Shown one piece after another: positions 1 to 19,648 of a DNA stretch of 64,000 nt. The notes under the pieces are model-generated. The model saw only the letters and a program-made list of their open reading frames with translations. It ran no database searches and had not been told where the DNA came from. Source of the DNA: the human T2T-CHM13v2.0 reference genome, Homo sapiens. Position 1 is the first letter of the stretch. Each line of letters starts with the position of its first letter. The stretch is from the NCBI RefSeq assembly GCF_009914755.1, contig NC_060930.1; one strand, written 5' to 3'. Both the position numbers and the translations under genes were made by a program.

Positions 1-990
1 GGAATCACTCTTTGTGTTGTATACTCTATGGGTTTGGGCAAATAGATCCACCATTATGTTATCATACAGTACAATTTCACTGCCCTAAAAATGCTGTGTG
101 CTCCACCGATTTACCGTTCCCCTGCTCTCTCTGAACCCCTAGCAAACACTGATCTTTTTATTGTCTCCATAGTTTTGTTTTTTTCCCAAATGTTATACAG
201 TTAGAATTATAGACTATGTTGCCTCTTCACATTGGCTTCTTTCACCTAGTAATGTACACTTAAGTTACCTCCATGTCTTTTCATGGCTTGATTTCTCATT
301 TATTTTTATCACTGAATAATACTCCATTGTATAGATTTACCACAGCTTGTCCATTCACTTACTGAAATACATTTTGGCTGTTTCCAAGTTTTGGCAATTA
401 TGAATAAAGTTGCTATAAATATCCATGTGCAGATTTTTGTGTAGAAGTTAATTGTAAATTTTCAAGTCATTTGAGTAAATACCAAACAGTGTAATGGTTG
501 GATCCTATGGTAAAAGTATGTTTAGTATTGTAACAAACTGTCAAACTATCGTCCAAAGTGGCTATATTTTTTGTATTCCCACCAGCAATGATGAAAGTTC
601 CTGTTACTCTACATTCTTGTCAGCATTTGGTCCTGTAAAAGTTTTGGATTTTAGGTATTCTAATAAGTATGTAGTAGTTTTCTCATTGCTGTTTTAATTT
701 GCAGTTCCCTAATACCAATTTCATATTCTTACTGATGTCTGTGTGTCTTCCTTGGTAAGTTGTCTGTTTAGCGGTTTTGCCTATTTTTAATGGGTTGTTT
801 TCTTGCTGAGTTTTAAGAATTCTTTGTATATCTGGCATACAAATCCTTTATTAAATATGTATTTTGCAGATAATTTCTTCTAGGTTTTTTTTTTCATTCT
901 CTTAAAAATCTCTTTCACAGTGTAGGAGTTTTTAATTTTAACATTTCTATTTTAAGTGCAACATAGCAATTTTTTAATGGATCATGCTTT
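1..990 (-). mobile_element. Old L1M (L1MB/L1MC-like) 3' end and ORF2 tail, antisense
   Basis: Typical reverse-strand L1M 3' motifs (ccattgtatagatttaccacag, gtttccaagttttggcaattatgaataaagttgctataaatatccatgtgcag). Highly diverged; boundaries approximate. Confidence 0.75.
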
Positions 991-3640
991 TGGCATTTCT
1001 TCTCTTTTTGAGTACTATCTTTATGACTAATTACAAACTTTTATCAAGCATTTCAGGTATTACTGTTTTTTTTTGCCCCTTCTGTTATATACTTCTGAAA
1101 TATTACTATTTCTAACTATTTTAGGTGAAAAAATGAGAAAATTTTTCTATTTCATTACCTGTTACTAAGTTTGATAAAGGTAGAAGAAGGTTGAGGCTGG
1201 AGAGAGGTTTTCTAATATTCTTGAAAATTATCTTAGTCTTAGCACTCAACTCCTGTGCCCAATGGAGTGGGTAATAATGTGTTGATTGAATAACATACAT
1301 TTTTAATGACTCTAAGAGGTACAAGTCTGATCATTGATTCTAAGCATTTTTCTTATTACCCCAAGCCACTCTTTCTTAATGTGTTTCTTTGAATTCTTGT
1401 CAGTTCCCATCACGTGTATGTGAAATGTGTTGTCAGCCACATTGCTGTTGATTCCTGCAGACCACTTTTGCAAGGCTCCTGTGTTGGGCTGCCAGCCTCC
1501 ATACACCTTACCTCTACCCCACCTCTTGTGCTCCATCTTTGTATGAGCCTGGGACAAGCTTTCCATTGAGCACATGAGTTACTTATTCAAGTGTGACAGA
1601 GTTGTGAAGCAATGCTAGAAATCATGTACTTAGAGAGTTTTAAAATAGAAAAATAAATTGGCAAACAAATGAACTGCGTTTCAGAAAAAAACTTCATATT
1701 TGTGAAGAAAATAGGGTTGGTATGGAATAGTATGCTAGTTATCTCAAATCGTGGAAAAGGGTGACTCCAGTCTGTAAGAAAAAGTTCATTGATGATGAAC
1801 TTTTCTGAACTGGCCCCAGGATAAGGCAGCAGACCTGGGATCATTCTATTTTATCCCCCAGAATATTGCTTAATTGTTATTTGGAACAAGGGATTTACTT
1901 AATATGAATTCTTTCATTCTTTTGTCAATGATTGTTAGTTTTAAAGAAATTAAACAATTCTTTTAACCGTATGAAGTTAATGAAAAATGTCTGCATTTCA
2001 GCTACTGCATAAATCCTTAGAGACCCCTAGAACAATTACAGCAACTGGGAAGTTTGCCTCCATAATTTTATTTCTGGGTTAAATTATGAAGGTTCATTTT
2101 ATCCATTGCAAGCAAAGATCTGTTTTTAATAAACTTCATTAAACATGTGGCTTGATAATAATTAAATGAATAAGTCGATATGTCTAGGACAATGATTTCC
2201 ACACAGTTGATATTCTTTAAATTGTATTTGCTAAGTTTTCAAAAACATAATTGTATGCAAAACAGCAATCTCACTAAATATTATTAAACAGTGTGAAAAC
2301 ATCCTAATAGCTTTTGAATCCAAGATTCAGATGTCTTATTCCAGTCCAGAAGTTTTACTGATATCAAGATAGTGATGGTATTAACAGACATTGACTATTG
2401 TGATAAAGTTAAAATATTTGATACTTTGAGAAGACTATGAAGTCAAATAAAACCACATTGATGTTTTCCCTAGAATTATATTTAGAAAATAACTTACATT
2501 TTAATAATGTTTTACAGAGATTATATTATTCCATTTTTACATGGTAGTTTAAAATTATACATCACTTTGTATATGGAGCTCATTATCTCATATATATATA
2601 GACTTGAAGAAAATATCACATAAGAAACATTTCAATATGGGACTTAACAAAATATTTTAAACCAAAGCATACATTTTTTTCAGTGCTTAAAATGAATAGA
2701 CTTTTTTTGGAGTTGACATAAATTATAGACAGATGTCTATTAATACTATCAATAACTTGCGTTCATTAAGACTTTTGCTATCATAAAACTAACATTCTAG
2801 TGCAAATTCCTCTCTTACAGATTTAGCAAGGGAGGCTCTAAGAGGCCAGATGACTTATTCAGGGTCTCCTCAGTGACTGCCCTAGGCCTATAGCGTGGTC
2901 TTTATATCTTTATTGACATCCCAATGTGCTTTCAAGAAGGCCTTATGTATCAAGACTTTAATGTGGCACTCAGACTTGATGGTTTGGAGTAAGAGCATGG
3001 GCATTTTCTCTTCTCACCTCAGCTCAGTATGTGTACATAAACATGGAATACTGTAAGAAAAGAGCACACAAAAGTAAGCTTTACTTGTAAGCTCTTTTAA
3101 TAACTGATTATAGGGTTTGGTTATGTAGTATTATAAATAAAAAATATCTCTGATGAATGTGCTTCTCTTATTATTCCACTTCTCTCTTAAACCCTTTCTC
3201 TAAGTCTTGGTTGCCTCTTGTAGCAGTGAAGAACCTGTACTCTAGAGTCAGTTGACCTGCGTTAAAATTTTGACTTCTTGAATAGGAACAGCTCCGGTCT
3301 ACAGCTCCCAGCATGAGCGACGCAGAAAACAGGTGATTTCGGCATTTCTATCTGAGCTTTGAAGAGAGCAGTGGTTCTCCCAGGACGCAGCTGGAGATCT
3401 GAGAACAGGCAGACTGCCTCCTCAAGTGGGTCCCTGACCCCTGACCCCCAAGCAGCCTAACTGGGAGGCACCCCCCAGCAGGGGCAGACTGACACCTCAC
3501 ATGGCCAGGTACTCCAACAGACCTGCAGCTGAGGGTCCTCTCTGTTAGAAGGAAAACTAACAAACAGAAAGGACATCCACACCAAAAACCCATTTGTACA
3601 TCACCATCATCAAAGACCAAAAGTAGATAAAACCACACAG

Positions 3641-4657
3641 ATGGGGAAAAAACAGAGCAGAAAAACTGGAAATTCTAAAAAGCAGAGTGCCTCTCCTCCT
3701 CCAAAGGAACACAGTTCCTCACCAGCAACGGAACAAAGCTGGACGGAGAATGACTTTGACGAGCTGAGAGAAGAAGGCTTCAGATGATGAAATTACTCCG
3801 AGCTACGGGAGGACATTCAAACCAAAGGCAAAGAAGTTGAAAACTTTGAAAAAAATTTAGAAGAATGTATAACTAGAATAATCAATACCGAGAAGTGCTT
3901 AAAGGAGCGGATGGAGCTGAAAACCAAGGCTCGAGAACGATGTGAAGAATGCAGAAGCCTCAGGAGCTGATGTGATCAACTGGAAGAAAGGATATCAGCG
4001 ATGGAAGATGAAATGAATGAAATGAAGCGAGAAGGGAAGTTCAGAGAAAAAAGAATAAAAAGAAACAAACAAAGCCTCCAAGAAATATGAGACTATGTGA
4101 AAAGACCAAATCTATGTCTGATTGGTGTACCTGAAAGTGACGGGGAGAATGGAACCAAGTTGGAAAACACTCTGCAGGATATTATCCAGGAGAACTTCCC
4201 CAATCTAGCAAGGCAGGCCAACATTCAGATTCAGGAAATACAGAGAACGCCACAAAGATACTCCTCGAGAAGAGCAACTCCAAGACACATAATTGTCAGA
4301 TTCACCAAAGTTGAAATGAAGGAAAAAATGTTAAGGGCAGCCAGAGAGAAAGGTCGGGTTACCCTCAAAGGGAAGCCCATCAGACTAACAGCGGATCTCT
4401 TGGCAGAAACTCTACAAGCCAGAAGAGAGTGGGGGCCAATATTCAACATTCTTCAAGAGAAGAATTTTCAACCCAGAATTTCATATCCAGCCAAACTAAG
4501 CTTCATAAGTGAAGGAGAAATAAAATCCTTTACAGACAAGCAAATGCTGAGAGATTTTGTCACCACCAGGCCTGCCCTAAAAGAGCTCCTGAGGGAAGCG
4601 CTAAACATGGAAAGGAACAACCAGTACCAGCCGCTGAAAAAGCATGCCAAAATGTAA
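3641..4657 (+). pseudogene. L1 ORF1, disrupted (TGA at 3785-3787 and later stops)
   Basis: ATGGGGAAAAAACAG start. The C-terminal 186-aa ORF 4097-4657 (KRPNLCLIGVPE...REWGPIFNIL...YPAKLSF) is ORF1p RRM/CTD. Confidence 0.92.
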
Positions 4658-4705
4658 AGACCATCGAGACTAGGAAGAAACTGCATCAACTAACGAGCAA
4701 AATAA

Positions 4706-8448
<3,743 letters not shown>

Positions 8449-8879
8449 ACAATGAGGACACATGGACACAGGAAGGGGAACATCACACTCTGGGTACTGT
8501 TGTGGGGTGGGGAGAGCGGGGAGGGATAGCACTGGGAGATATACCTAATGCTAGATGACGAGTTAGTGGGTGCAGCGCACCAGCATGGCACATGTATACA
8601 TATGTAACTAACCTGCACATTGTGCACATGTACCCTAAAACTTAAAGTATAATAATAATAATAATAAAAGAAAAAAAAATTTTGACTTTTCTATTTTTCA
8701 TCTGTTTGACCTGGGAAAAATTACTTAATTGTTGTGTAGATCACAATAGTACCTCCTCCATGGTAGTTAGTTGAAATAATTGATTAATAACATTTACACT
8801 ATTCCTGGTATACAGTAGTGTTTGATTAATGTTATTGAAGATGACATTGATACTTATGGCAATACTAATGACACTATGT

Positions 8880-9800
8880 CCCCTTGGTTTTTTACCCATC
8901 TCATTGGTCACTTAATCTCAGTTCCTTTTGCTAATACCTCATCAGCCTGACCTCTGTCCATTGCCACTCCTCATGGATCACTTTCTCTATTTGCATTCCT
9001 TTCCCTGGTGAACTCATTTAATCCTATGGTTCTTAATAACATTTTTATTTGAACAATTTTTGATATAATATCTGTACATGTATCTCTCTAAGATTTTTAC
9101 TTGAATATTTAATAAGCATCTCAATTTGAAAGGGAACAAAACTTAATCACTTAAACTAACCTCAAATTAACACCTCCTGAGTCTTCCTAACCACAATAGC
9201 TACTCTTTCTATTTCTCAGACACAAAATCTTGGAATGATTTTCCTTTGTTTTCTTTTAATCTTCATATTTAATCCGTCAGCAATTTCCATCAAATTTACT
9301 CAAAATACATTCAGAAACTGACCATTTTCACCACTTGTACTGCTACTGCTGTCGTTTTTCTTCTGGATCATTGTAGCAGTCTCCTAACTGGTCTCCGGCT
9401 ACTATGATTGTTTCCTTTGAGCATTTTCTCAACACATCAGACAGAATGATTCTTCAAAAGTTTAAAACATGGGTCCAATCATGCAATGCTCCTGCTCAAA
9501 ATTCTCCAGTGGCCTCCCAACACACTTAAAGCAAACTCAGATTTTTCCCATGCCTACCAATCTCACCTCTGATCCATCTGTGCTCTACCATCTGCTGCTT
9601 CTTTCATGTTGCTTCTGCTCTAGCCACACTGTTCTCCTTGGCATTCTTCAAACTCCACACAAATTCTAGCCTCAATGCTTTTGCTGTTGTTTTCTCTGCC
9701 TGGAACCATTTCCCCTAAGATAATTTGGCCCTTCACTTCCTTTACTAATCACTTTTTCAGCAAAGCCTTCTCTGTTGTACTATTTAACCAACGAATTAGT
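8880..9800 (+). mobile_element. L2 LINE fragment
   Basis: L2-like motifs ctcctaactggtctcc, cctgctcaaaattctccagtggcctccca, ctctagccacactg. Diverged; boundaries approximate. Confidence 0.65.
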
Positions 9801-10573
9801 GAATACTGTTGACCTTTTATAGAATAGTTACATCTATTAAAGACATTTCTAAAAGCAAGTTTTATTTAAAGGCAGTCATTGAAACTCAGAGTAATCGATG
9901 CTCCATTAAGCATTTAATAACTGGCAGAGGTGGACGGACTGTCAGTAGCGGTGCTATGTTGTTCTGCATTTAGTGTCTCACCTCATATGTTTTTGTTTCT
10001 ATTAGAAGTGCCACGCTTTGAGAAATTCTAACAGAAGGATACTCAATGAGAAACTCAATATGGGAGTCAGGAAGCCATAAAAAACAAGAGAATTATGTTA
10101 GCAAGACTTCCATTTATCAGCTACAATGAAGCATTTGAGTCTACATAATCAAGAGTTTATTTTACATTTTAGACTGTGAGCAATATGAGGAAAGGACTCT
10201 ATCATTTTAACACTATATCTCATACTTAGTACCTAGTAAGATCTAAATAAAACTAACAATTTTTGATAAACTACAAGCATCAAACTAAGCAGGCAGTCAC
10301 GTCGTAGAATTTAAGAATTTATGTTCTGGGAGAACACATACTCTAAGGTATAATTCCTAAAATATATTGTATTCTTCAAATACAAGATAAGTGGCCTCCG
10401 TATACTTTTTTGCTATATATAGAATTTAAAAAAAGATCTGTTACTCAAGAACATGGGTTACCTCAGGGATGTTTCATTGACTGCAATACTGCTGAAACTA
10501 TTTTGGTTTTGTGTAAAGATAACTGTATTCATTGTACATTTTTTATCATAAGTGACAAAGTTTGATAAGGTTT

Positions 10574-12983
<2,410 letters not shown>

Positions 12984-13001
12984 ATAAAACAAATAGGTTG
13001 A

Positions 13002-13178
<177 letters not shown>

Positions 13179-13758
13179 TAATTGACAATTCAAACACTAC
13201 CTTTGTTTATAAACCTATAACTTTGACCTTTGAGACCTTTATCTTTATTCAACTACATGATTCTAGAAACATTAAAAATTATAAAAATATTGTTTCGATT
13301 TAAAAAAGTATTTAAGGAATATAATCCATTAGGTTAATAAATAGCCTTTGAGTACTTGTTTTATTTTGAGAGTAAAGCAGCCTGGAGGTAAATCCTAAAA
13401 CCAGGGATGAGGGAAAATGAGATCTGTAATAGTGTTTGTTCATGGCACTATAGTTTGTCTACAGTTAGCAATATATTATATATTTTCAAATAGGTAGAAG
13501 ATAAAGAATGTCCTCAAAATGAAGGTAATAGATCTATTACTGATCACTTAAAATTTGGATACTTTTAATTCTAGTTATTTTTTCTGTGTATGTACTTATA
13601 TTCCCAATCTTTTAGTATTGGAGTCCTTGTCTCAATCTTGAGCTTCTTAAATTTTCTGTGTAGATATACTTCCTTTATAACCTTATCTGATTCACTGACT
13701 TTAAATAGCAACATATTCAGACAACTCTCAAATGTATATCTCTACTCAAATCCTGCAA

Positions 13759-14825
13759 TCTTATTCACCTGTTTGTCTCTAGAGCTGGTATACATACAGT
13801 AACTACTCACTAAGTGCAAGTGGAACTAAACAGAGATGTGGTCAAGAGAAAGAACGTGGCGTATGAATGTGGGAAAGTTGATGATCTGGCATTTAAAGGA
13901 AAAGCAAAATTGTGGTATGATGATATGAGTCGTAGGGAAGGTAACAATGTTGGAATAAAAGAAAGACATGACAGGATAGGTAGACTTGTGTATATATGTA
14001 TATGTGTGTATATATAAAAATATATTTATGTATCTACTGCCTTTTGTATCTATCTACTGAGCTTCTGTTCCATAGTTTTACCCATCTCATTAATAACAAT
14101 TACATTTTACTTATTTATATTTGATTTAAAAACTTTTAGGTAACAAATACAATTGTATATATTCAAGATGTACAATGAGATGATTCGATATACATATTCA
14201 TTGTTCATTGATTTCCAAAGTCAAATTAATTAACACATTTATCGCCACCCAGAGTAACCATTGTGTGTGTGTGTGTGTGTGTGTTAAAGATACCTAAAAT
14301 TTCTCTTATCAAATTTCTAGTAAACAATACAACATTATATACTGTAGTCACCATGCTTTACAACAAATTCCCAGATCTTATTCATCTTATATAACTAAAA
14401 CTTGTATCTTTGACCAACACCATTTCCCCTACCTCCTCCTAGACTCTGACAATAGCCATTCCATTCTCTGCTTCTATGAGTTGCAGGTTTTTAGGTTCCA
14501 TATATAAGTGAAGTCATGCAGTATTTGTCTAGTTTATTTCACTAGCGTTATTTCCTCCAGGTTTGTTCAATTATATTTTTGCAAATGTTCTTTATTGAAA
14601 GCTAGGTGCTGTCCTTAATTTCTCTTGTTTCTTCACACTCTTTATCTGCTCCAATAGCATGATTTCCTGGCTCACATTTCAAAATATATTCATAATATCT
14701 CAATTTATTGCCATCTCCATTGGCATCACCTAGGGTAAATAATCCTCTCCCCCTTTGATTGCCTCCTAACTCAACTGTTGGCTTCCACTCTACTTTATCT
14801 TCAAGGGTATACCTATGTCACTCCA

Positions 14826-14856
<31 letters not shown>

Positions 14857-15146
14857 ATTTTTATGTCTAGTAAATTTATCTAATTTAGAACATTTCTTTC
14901 TCAATTCTAAGAATCCTGAGAGCAGGAAATCATGTCTTATTCACCTGTGTGTCTCTAAAGCTAGTATACAGTAGCTACTCACCAAGTGCAAGTGGCACTA
15001 AACGGAGACGTGATCAATAGAAAGAATGTGAAATTGGGAAAGTTGATGACTTGGCATTTAAAATAAAAGCAAATTTGTGATGTGACAATATGAGTGGTAA
15101 GAAAGGCAACAATGTTGGAATAGAAGAAAGAGAGACATGACAGGAT
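13759..15146 (+). repeat. Diverged ~215-bp direct duplication (13759-13977 and 14935-15146)
   Basis: Both copies run tcttattcacctgt..tctcta.agct.gtatac..ctactcac.aagtgcaagtgg.actaaac..gggaaagttgatga..tggcatttaaa..aacaatgttggaata..gacatgacaggat. Confidence 0.9.
14125..14575 (-). mobile_element. L1MA9/10-like 3' end with internal (TG)n at 14262-14284
   Basis: aattgtatatattcaagatgtacaat...ctgtagtcaccatgct...gatcttattcatctta...tgcttctatgagtt. Confidence 0.75.
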
Positions 15147-15319
15147 CGTAGGGTGTTCTAAGGTGTTAGCAAGTACTAGAATGAAGTGGAGAAGTTTGAG
15201 ATGTCAGAATGTAAGATGTATCATCCTATTAAATGATTCAAATTAGGAAGAATAATTGCAAGGAAAAAAACAAAGATTTTGATTAACTTATAAATTTCTT
15301 CATCCTACACATTCAGTTA

Positions 15320-15500
15320 GGAATGTTAAATATGCTTATCTCATAAATCCTCCAGCAACTTCTAAGATAGGTACAGTAAAAGAAAATTAAACCCAGAATG
15401 GTAAAATGACCTTCCCAGGGTCCACAGATAAAAGAGTGGAGCTTAAATTAAAAATCTATATTTTAATTCAAAATCCATGTTATTTCCACTATGCCACTAT
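15320..15500 (-). mobile_element. MIR fragment
   Basis: tatctcataaatcctccagcaacttctaagataggta...gaccttcccagggtccacagata. Confidence 0.5.
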
Positions 15501-16239
15501 TATGCTACTATGGGAGACCTGAAGCTGGTGATGAAATGTTATATAAAATGGGAGACTGAGCTAATGTAAGAGGAGCGTGGAAAAAGGTGAGCTATTTAAG
15601 TAAAAAGAACTATTTATATTGCAGGAATGTAAAACATAGTTAGAAATACTTTAAACATAATACTGACTCTCTCAACTGAATAGACCAGAAACTAACCCTA
15701 GGGACCTCTTCTTTCCCATGCTCAAATAATATGAGCAGGGTGTGGTTTGTCTTGCCAATTATTGACTCTGCTTTTGCCTTCTTCAGTCCATCCTCAGACA
15801 TATTCTTCTCTTTCAATCACAAGACGGTTATAATCAGCTCTTGATGCTGTATTCAGTCTTCTTTGATGTGTGCATTAGAACAGGGATTATCTCTTTTAAT
15901 AGGTCTTGCAAAAGGAAAGAATCTCCTTGTCTCCAATATGCTGCAAAATCTCGCTAGCTCTGATTAGGTCATTTGTATATGCTAGAGCAGCTCCTTTAAC
16001 CAGGGAACGGACTACACAGTTTGGTTTAAGCCCTTCCTTGAAGGGCCCATGGGATCACTTCCCCCAAATTCACATGACTAAAAATATATGAGGAGTTAAT
16101 TCTCCAGTGAAAATATGTTGGCCTAAGAAAAGTCACCATGGGGTATGTGGTAGGGAATGCTTGCTGTGGAGTCAACCAGAAATGACTTCATCTGGAATAA
16201 ATAATTTTTGCATTAATTTACTTATGCATTAATAATTCC

Positions 16240-16600
16240 TGCACTAATATACTCATGCAGCAAAAAATTATTGACTGTAAAATGCGTTAGGCACTGTGTG
16301 AGGGGCTTATTATATGGCCAAAACCACAGCACTTTTCCTCAAAGATCTCATGGTCTCTTATAGGAGACCGATGAACTAGCAATTAAAATGCAATATAATA
16401 AATAATAATGTAGCAGCCACATGAGTGCAATGAAGAAGTAACTAAACTGGACAGTGAAGAGTAAGCAAGGAAAGTTTTCTGGGAAAGGAGAACCTGATCT
16501 GAGAGTTTAAGTTCCAATAAGAATCAACCAGGTCAACCGGGTATTCCAGATAATAAGAGCATATTTAAAGGCACAAAGGTGAAAGACAGTGTGGTTCATC
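16240..16600 (-). mobile_element. L2 3' fragment
   Basis: actcatgcagcaaaaaattattgac...ttaggcactgtg...ctcaaagatctcatggtct. Confidence 0.55.
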
Positions 16601-17344
16601 TGCCACTTACAACTAGTCTTCTATGAAGAATTTGCACAAGAGCCTTCAGGCTTTTTAAAAATATTCTTACGAATGTAAGAGTAGAATCAGATGAATTTGT
16701 AGCTGTTTCAAATATTGAACTGTGGTTGGCAAATGAATTACATTTCGAATAGTAATTTTCTTTAGCCTTCACAACTTGCGAGTGTGTTACTATTTTCTTA
16801 GGCATAGAGCCTAGTCATTTTGTGGGGAGCGTAGGATGGGGGAAAAGGTTGGAATGAGATGGAAGCACTTTTTCCTAATTTCAGTCCAGTTATTTTTGAA
16901 GTGGAAATTCTAAATGTCCTTGTATGGAGAAGAAGCATGTTCAGATCCTAACAGGTAACACATAGGAAAACAATTCTACTGCCGATTCTTATTTTCAGGG
17001 TGTTCTCTAATTATACCATTTACTTTTCAATGAGGAACAGAGGAAAACAAGCCAGTGTAGGGCCATGGAAGAGCTTTTCAGAGAAGTGAGGCACCCATTC
17101 AACCCCAAATCATATTTTACTTTTGGTCAAGAAAAACCAATTGGATAGTTTTTTTTACTGACAGTATTACACTTGAGCCTAAATATAAATAGGAAGAAAA
17201 AAAGCTTTAGAAAACTTCAAAGAAAAACTAATTTTAAAATTCACAATAAAGAATACTCAAAGTTGTGGAACAAACTTCTTTAGGGTTCAGATGTAATTGC
17301 TTTTCTTCTTAGGCCTGACACTGGGACTATTAGTTTAAGAATAC

Positions 17345-17391
17345 CTTTGGGATAACAGGCCTTGCCAATGGCTACATGGACAAACACTTTC
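17345..17391 (-). other. Candidate 47-nt exon of an unidentified minus-strand transcript
   Basis: Minus strand: strong polypyrimidine acceptor cttgcttttttctttattttcttaaccAG| and donor AAG|GTattc. Splice signals only; no transcript evidence. Confidence 0.3.
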
Positions 17392-17877
17392 CTGGTTAAG
17401 AAAATAAAGAAAAAAGCAAGGCAAACAGTATTCTCTGGGATGATCTCACATCCAAGGACCGTCTCTTCAGGTCCACTGGCGGAGGGAGTCCTCTCTATAA
17501 AAGGTGCTACTTTGATATGACCATTTGTCTAGCTATTGTCTGGCCTAACTCTGAGACACACAGATGGAGACCCTTGAAAATTGTTTGGGGGCAACTTTTT
17601 AATTCTGCATGGGTAAAGCATGAAGAATTCTGATAATAATGACAATTATATATTTGTATTGAAATTACAATATTTATTATTTCATCACTAAGGGAAAAAG
17701 TTTGAGGGAAATTTATAATGAGCTAATTCATATCACAGCACCCTAACAAAAAGAAAGATACTCATTTTTTTTTTGTTTTTTCAGAGTTTCAGAGCTTCTA
17801 TATTTTTCCTTAAATGGAATTGACTGTGCAAGGGAAGTAAGCGACTATTTGGAATTCAGAGACAAAAAATAAAATGA

Positions 17878-18213
<336 letters not shown>

Positions 18214-18394
18214 TAAAAATGATCAGGGATTATAACTTTAGTTGAACATTATTTTAATTGGTCCTATACTGAAACTTTCTTATGTATATTCCTTTGCTGC
18301 TAAATAGAAGGATATTGAATCATTCTCAAAGATGGGCAGGTTGAGGTACAAATCAATGAAGTAGATATTTCAGTGGCTTAAAGTCACACATTAA

Positions 18395-18600
18395 AAATGA
18401 CATATTGGGAATAAGCTTTGGAATCAGACAGACCTCCTATCAAAGCTCCATAACTTTTTAACTATGTGACATTAGGTATAATTCTTAAACCCTGAGCTGT
18501 ATTTTTAGTTATCTACACAAACAGAAACTAATATGTATCTTAAGAATCGTTATAGAAATTAAAATTAACTTGTAAATATCAAAGTATAGTCAGTGCTGAC
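18395..18600 (+). mobile_element. MIR fragment
   Basis: gctttggaatcagacagacct...actatgtgacattaggtataattcttaaac. Confidence 0.55.
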
Positions 18601-19577
18601 TTGGAATTTAATTTTTTTAAAAAACAAATCAGATCCATGTAGTAATAAACGGTCCAGATGAAGATATATTTAATTTATTTATTATATTTGCTGCAATTTA
18701 ATATTAAGTCAACACATTTGTTGATAAAATATTCCATCATAAACTCTTTTGGCTCAGAGGATGTAAGTAAGTATTAGCAAGAAAAATGAGCTTTGTATTC
18801 TAGAGGAGAAATCAACAATAAAAGTAAAAGAAATATATTAATGATAGAATTTTAGAGTGACATGCTATAAATAATCAGATCATATGGGGGTATAAATATT
18901 AATCCAACTCTAATAAGAATTGCTTGAAAAGTTTTAGTCAGAAGTCACATCTCATGGCATAACTGTGTCTTTTTCCAGTTTTGCTCTCAGAGAACCAGCT
19001 TGAAATAAATATGTTATTGTTTTACAAGGATTTCCAATTTTTCCTACAGGAAGAGAGAAACACACTACTCCCTACTCCACCTTGACTCAGCCAGTTTACT
19101 ATTTTTTTCTTTTTCTTTTTAATAAGTTTTTAAAAGTTGAAGTTACACTAACTTCAACCATACTAACTTCATGTTATGATAAATTACAAATTAATAGTAC
19201 ACCAGCTTTTGCCTCAGACTGCTGTATTTTGGGAAACTCAGTATAAGAACATACAGCTAATTAGGCTGAAAAATAATTTATTGAAGATATTAGATAGCTC
19301 ACAAAATAGCTTAGAAAGGCACAGAATCAGATGTGGATGTTTCCAAGTTGGGAACAGCATGGATATCATACGTACAGGGCCCACTCTTAAAGACCTTACA
19401 CCTAGCACTAGTCACAGATAATACAAAACATAACATGGCATTTCTGTCAGGGCTACTTTTGACAACTGATGTATCTGCTCTCACCCTTACTGGAACACAT
19501 CCATTAAAATGCCTGCTTCTTCACATTATATTTGAATTGAAGATTTGCAAAGATGATGTTAAGTGTCATAGCCAAGT

Positions 19578-19648
19578 TATATGACTGTTCTCTCTGACAT
19601 AGAGAACATTTCCCCTATATGACATAGAGAACAGTCATATAGGGGAAA
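19578..19648. repeat. Interlocked inverted and direct micro-repeat cluster
   Basis: 16-bp inverted repeat (19578-19593/19626-19641), 15-bp inverted repeat (19609-19623/19634-19648) and 14-bp direct repeat (19595-19608/19620-19633), all perfect. Confidence 0.92.

Noticed and set aside
1512-1548. Minus-strand 37-nt cassette with GAG|GTAAGG donor
   Set aside because: Poor polypyrimidine tract; too weak to list as an exon.
3348-3638. Antisense ORFs over L1 5'UTR, ORF1 and ORF2 (also 30721-31160, 5032-5259 and others)
   Set aside because: Shadow frames that recur in any L1PA copy; they are not ORF0.
8500-8540. G-rich, G-quadruplex-like tract (also ~36125-36150)
   Set aside because: Standard polypurine tract of the L1 3'UTR.
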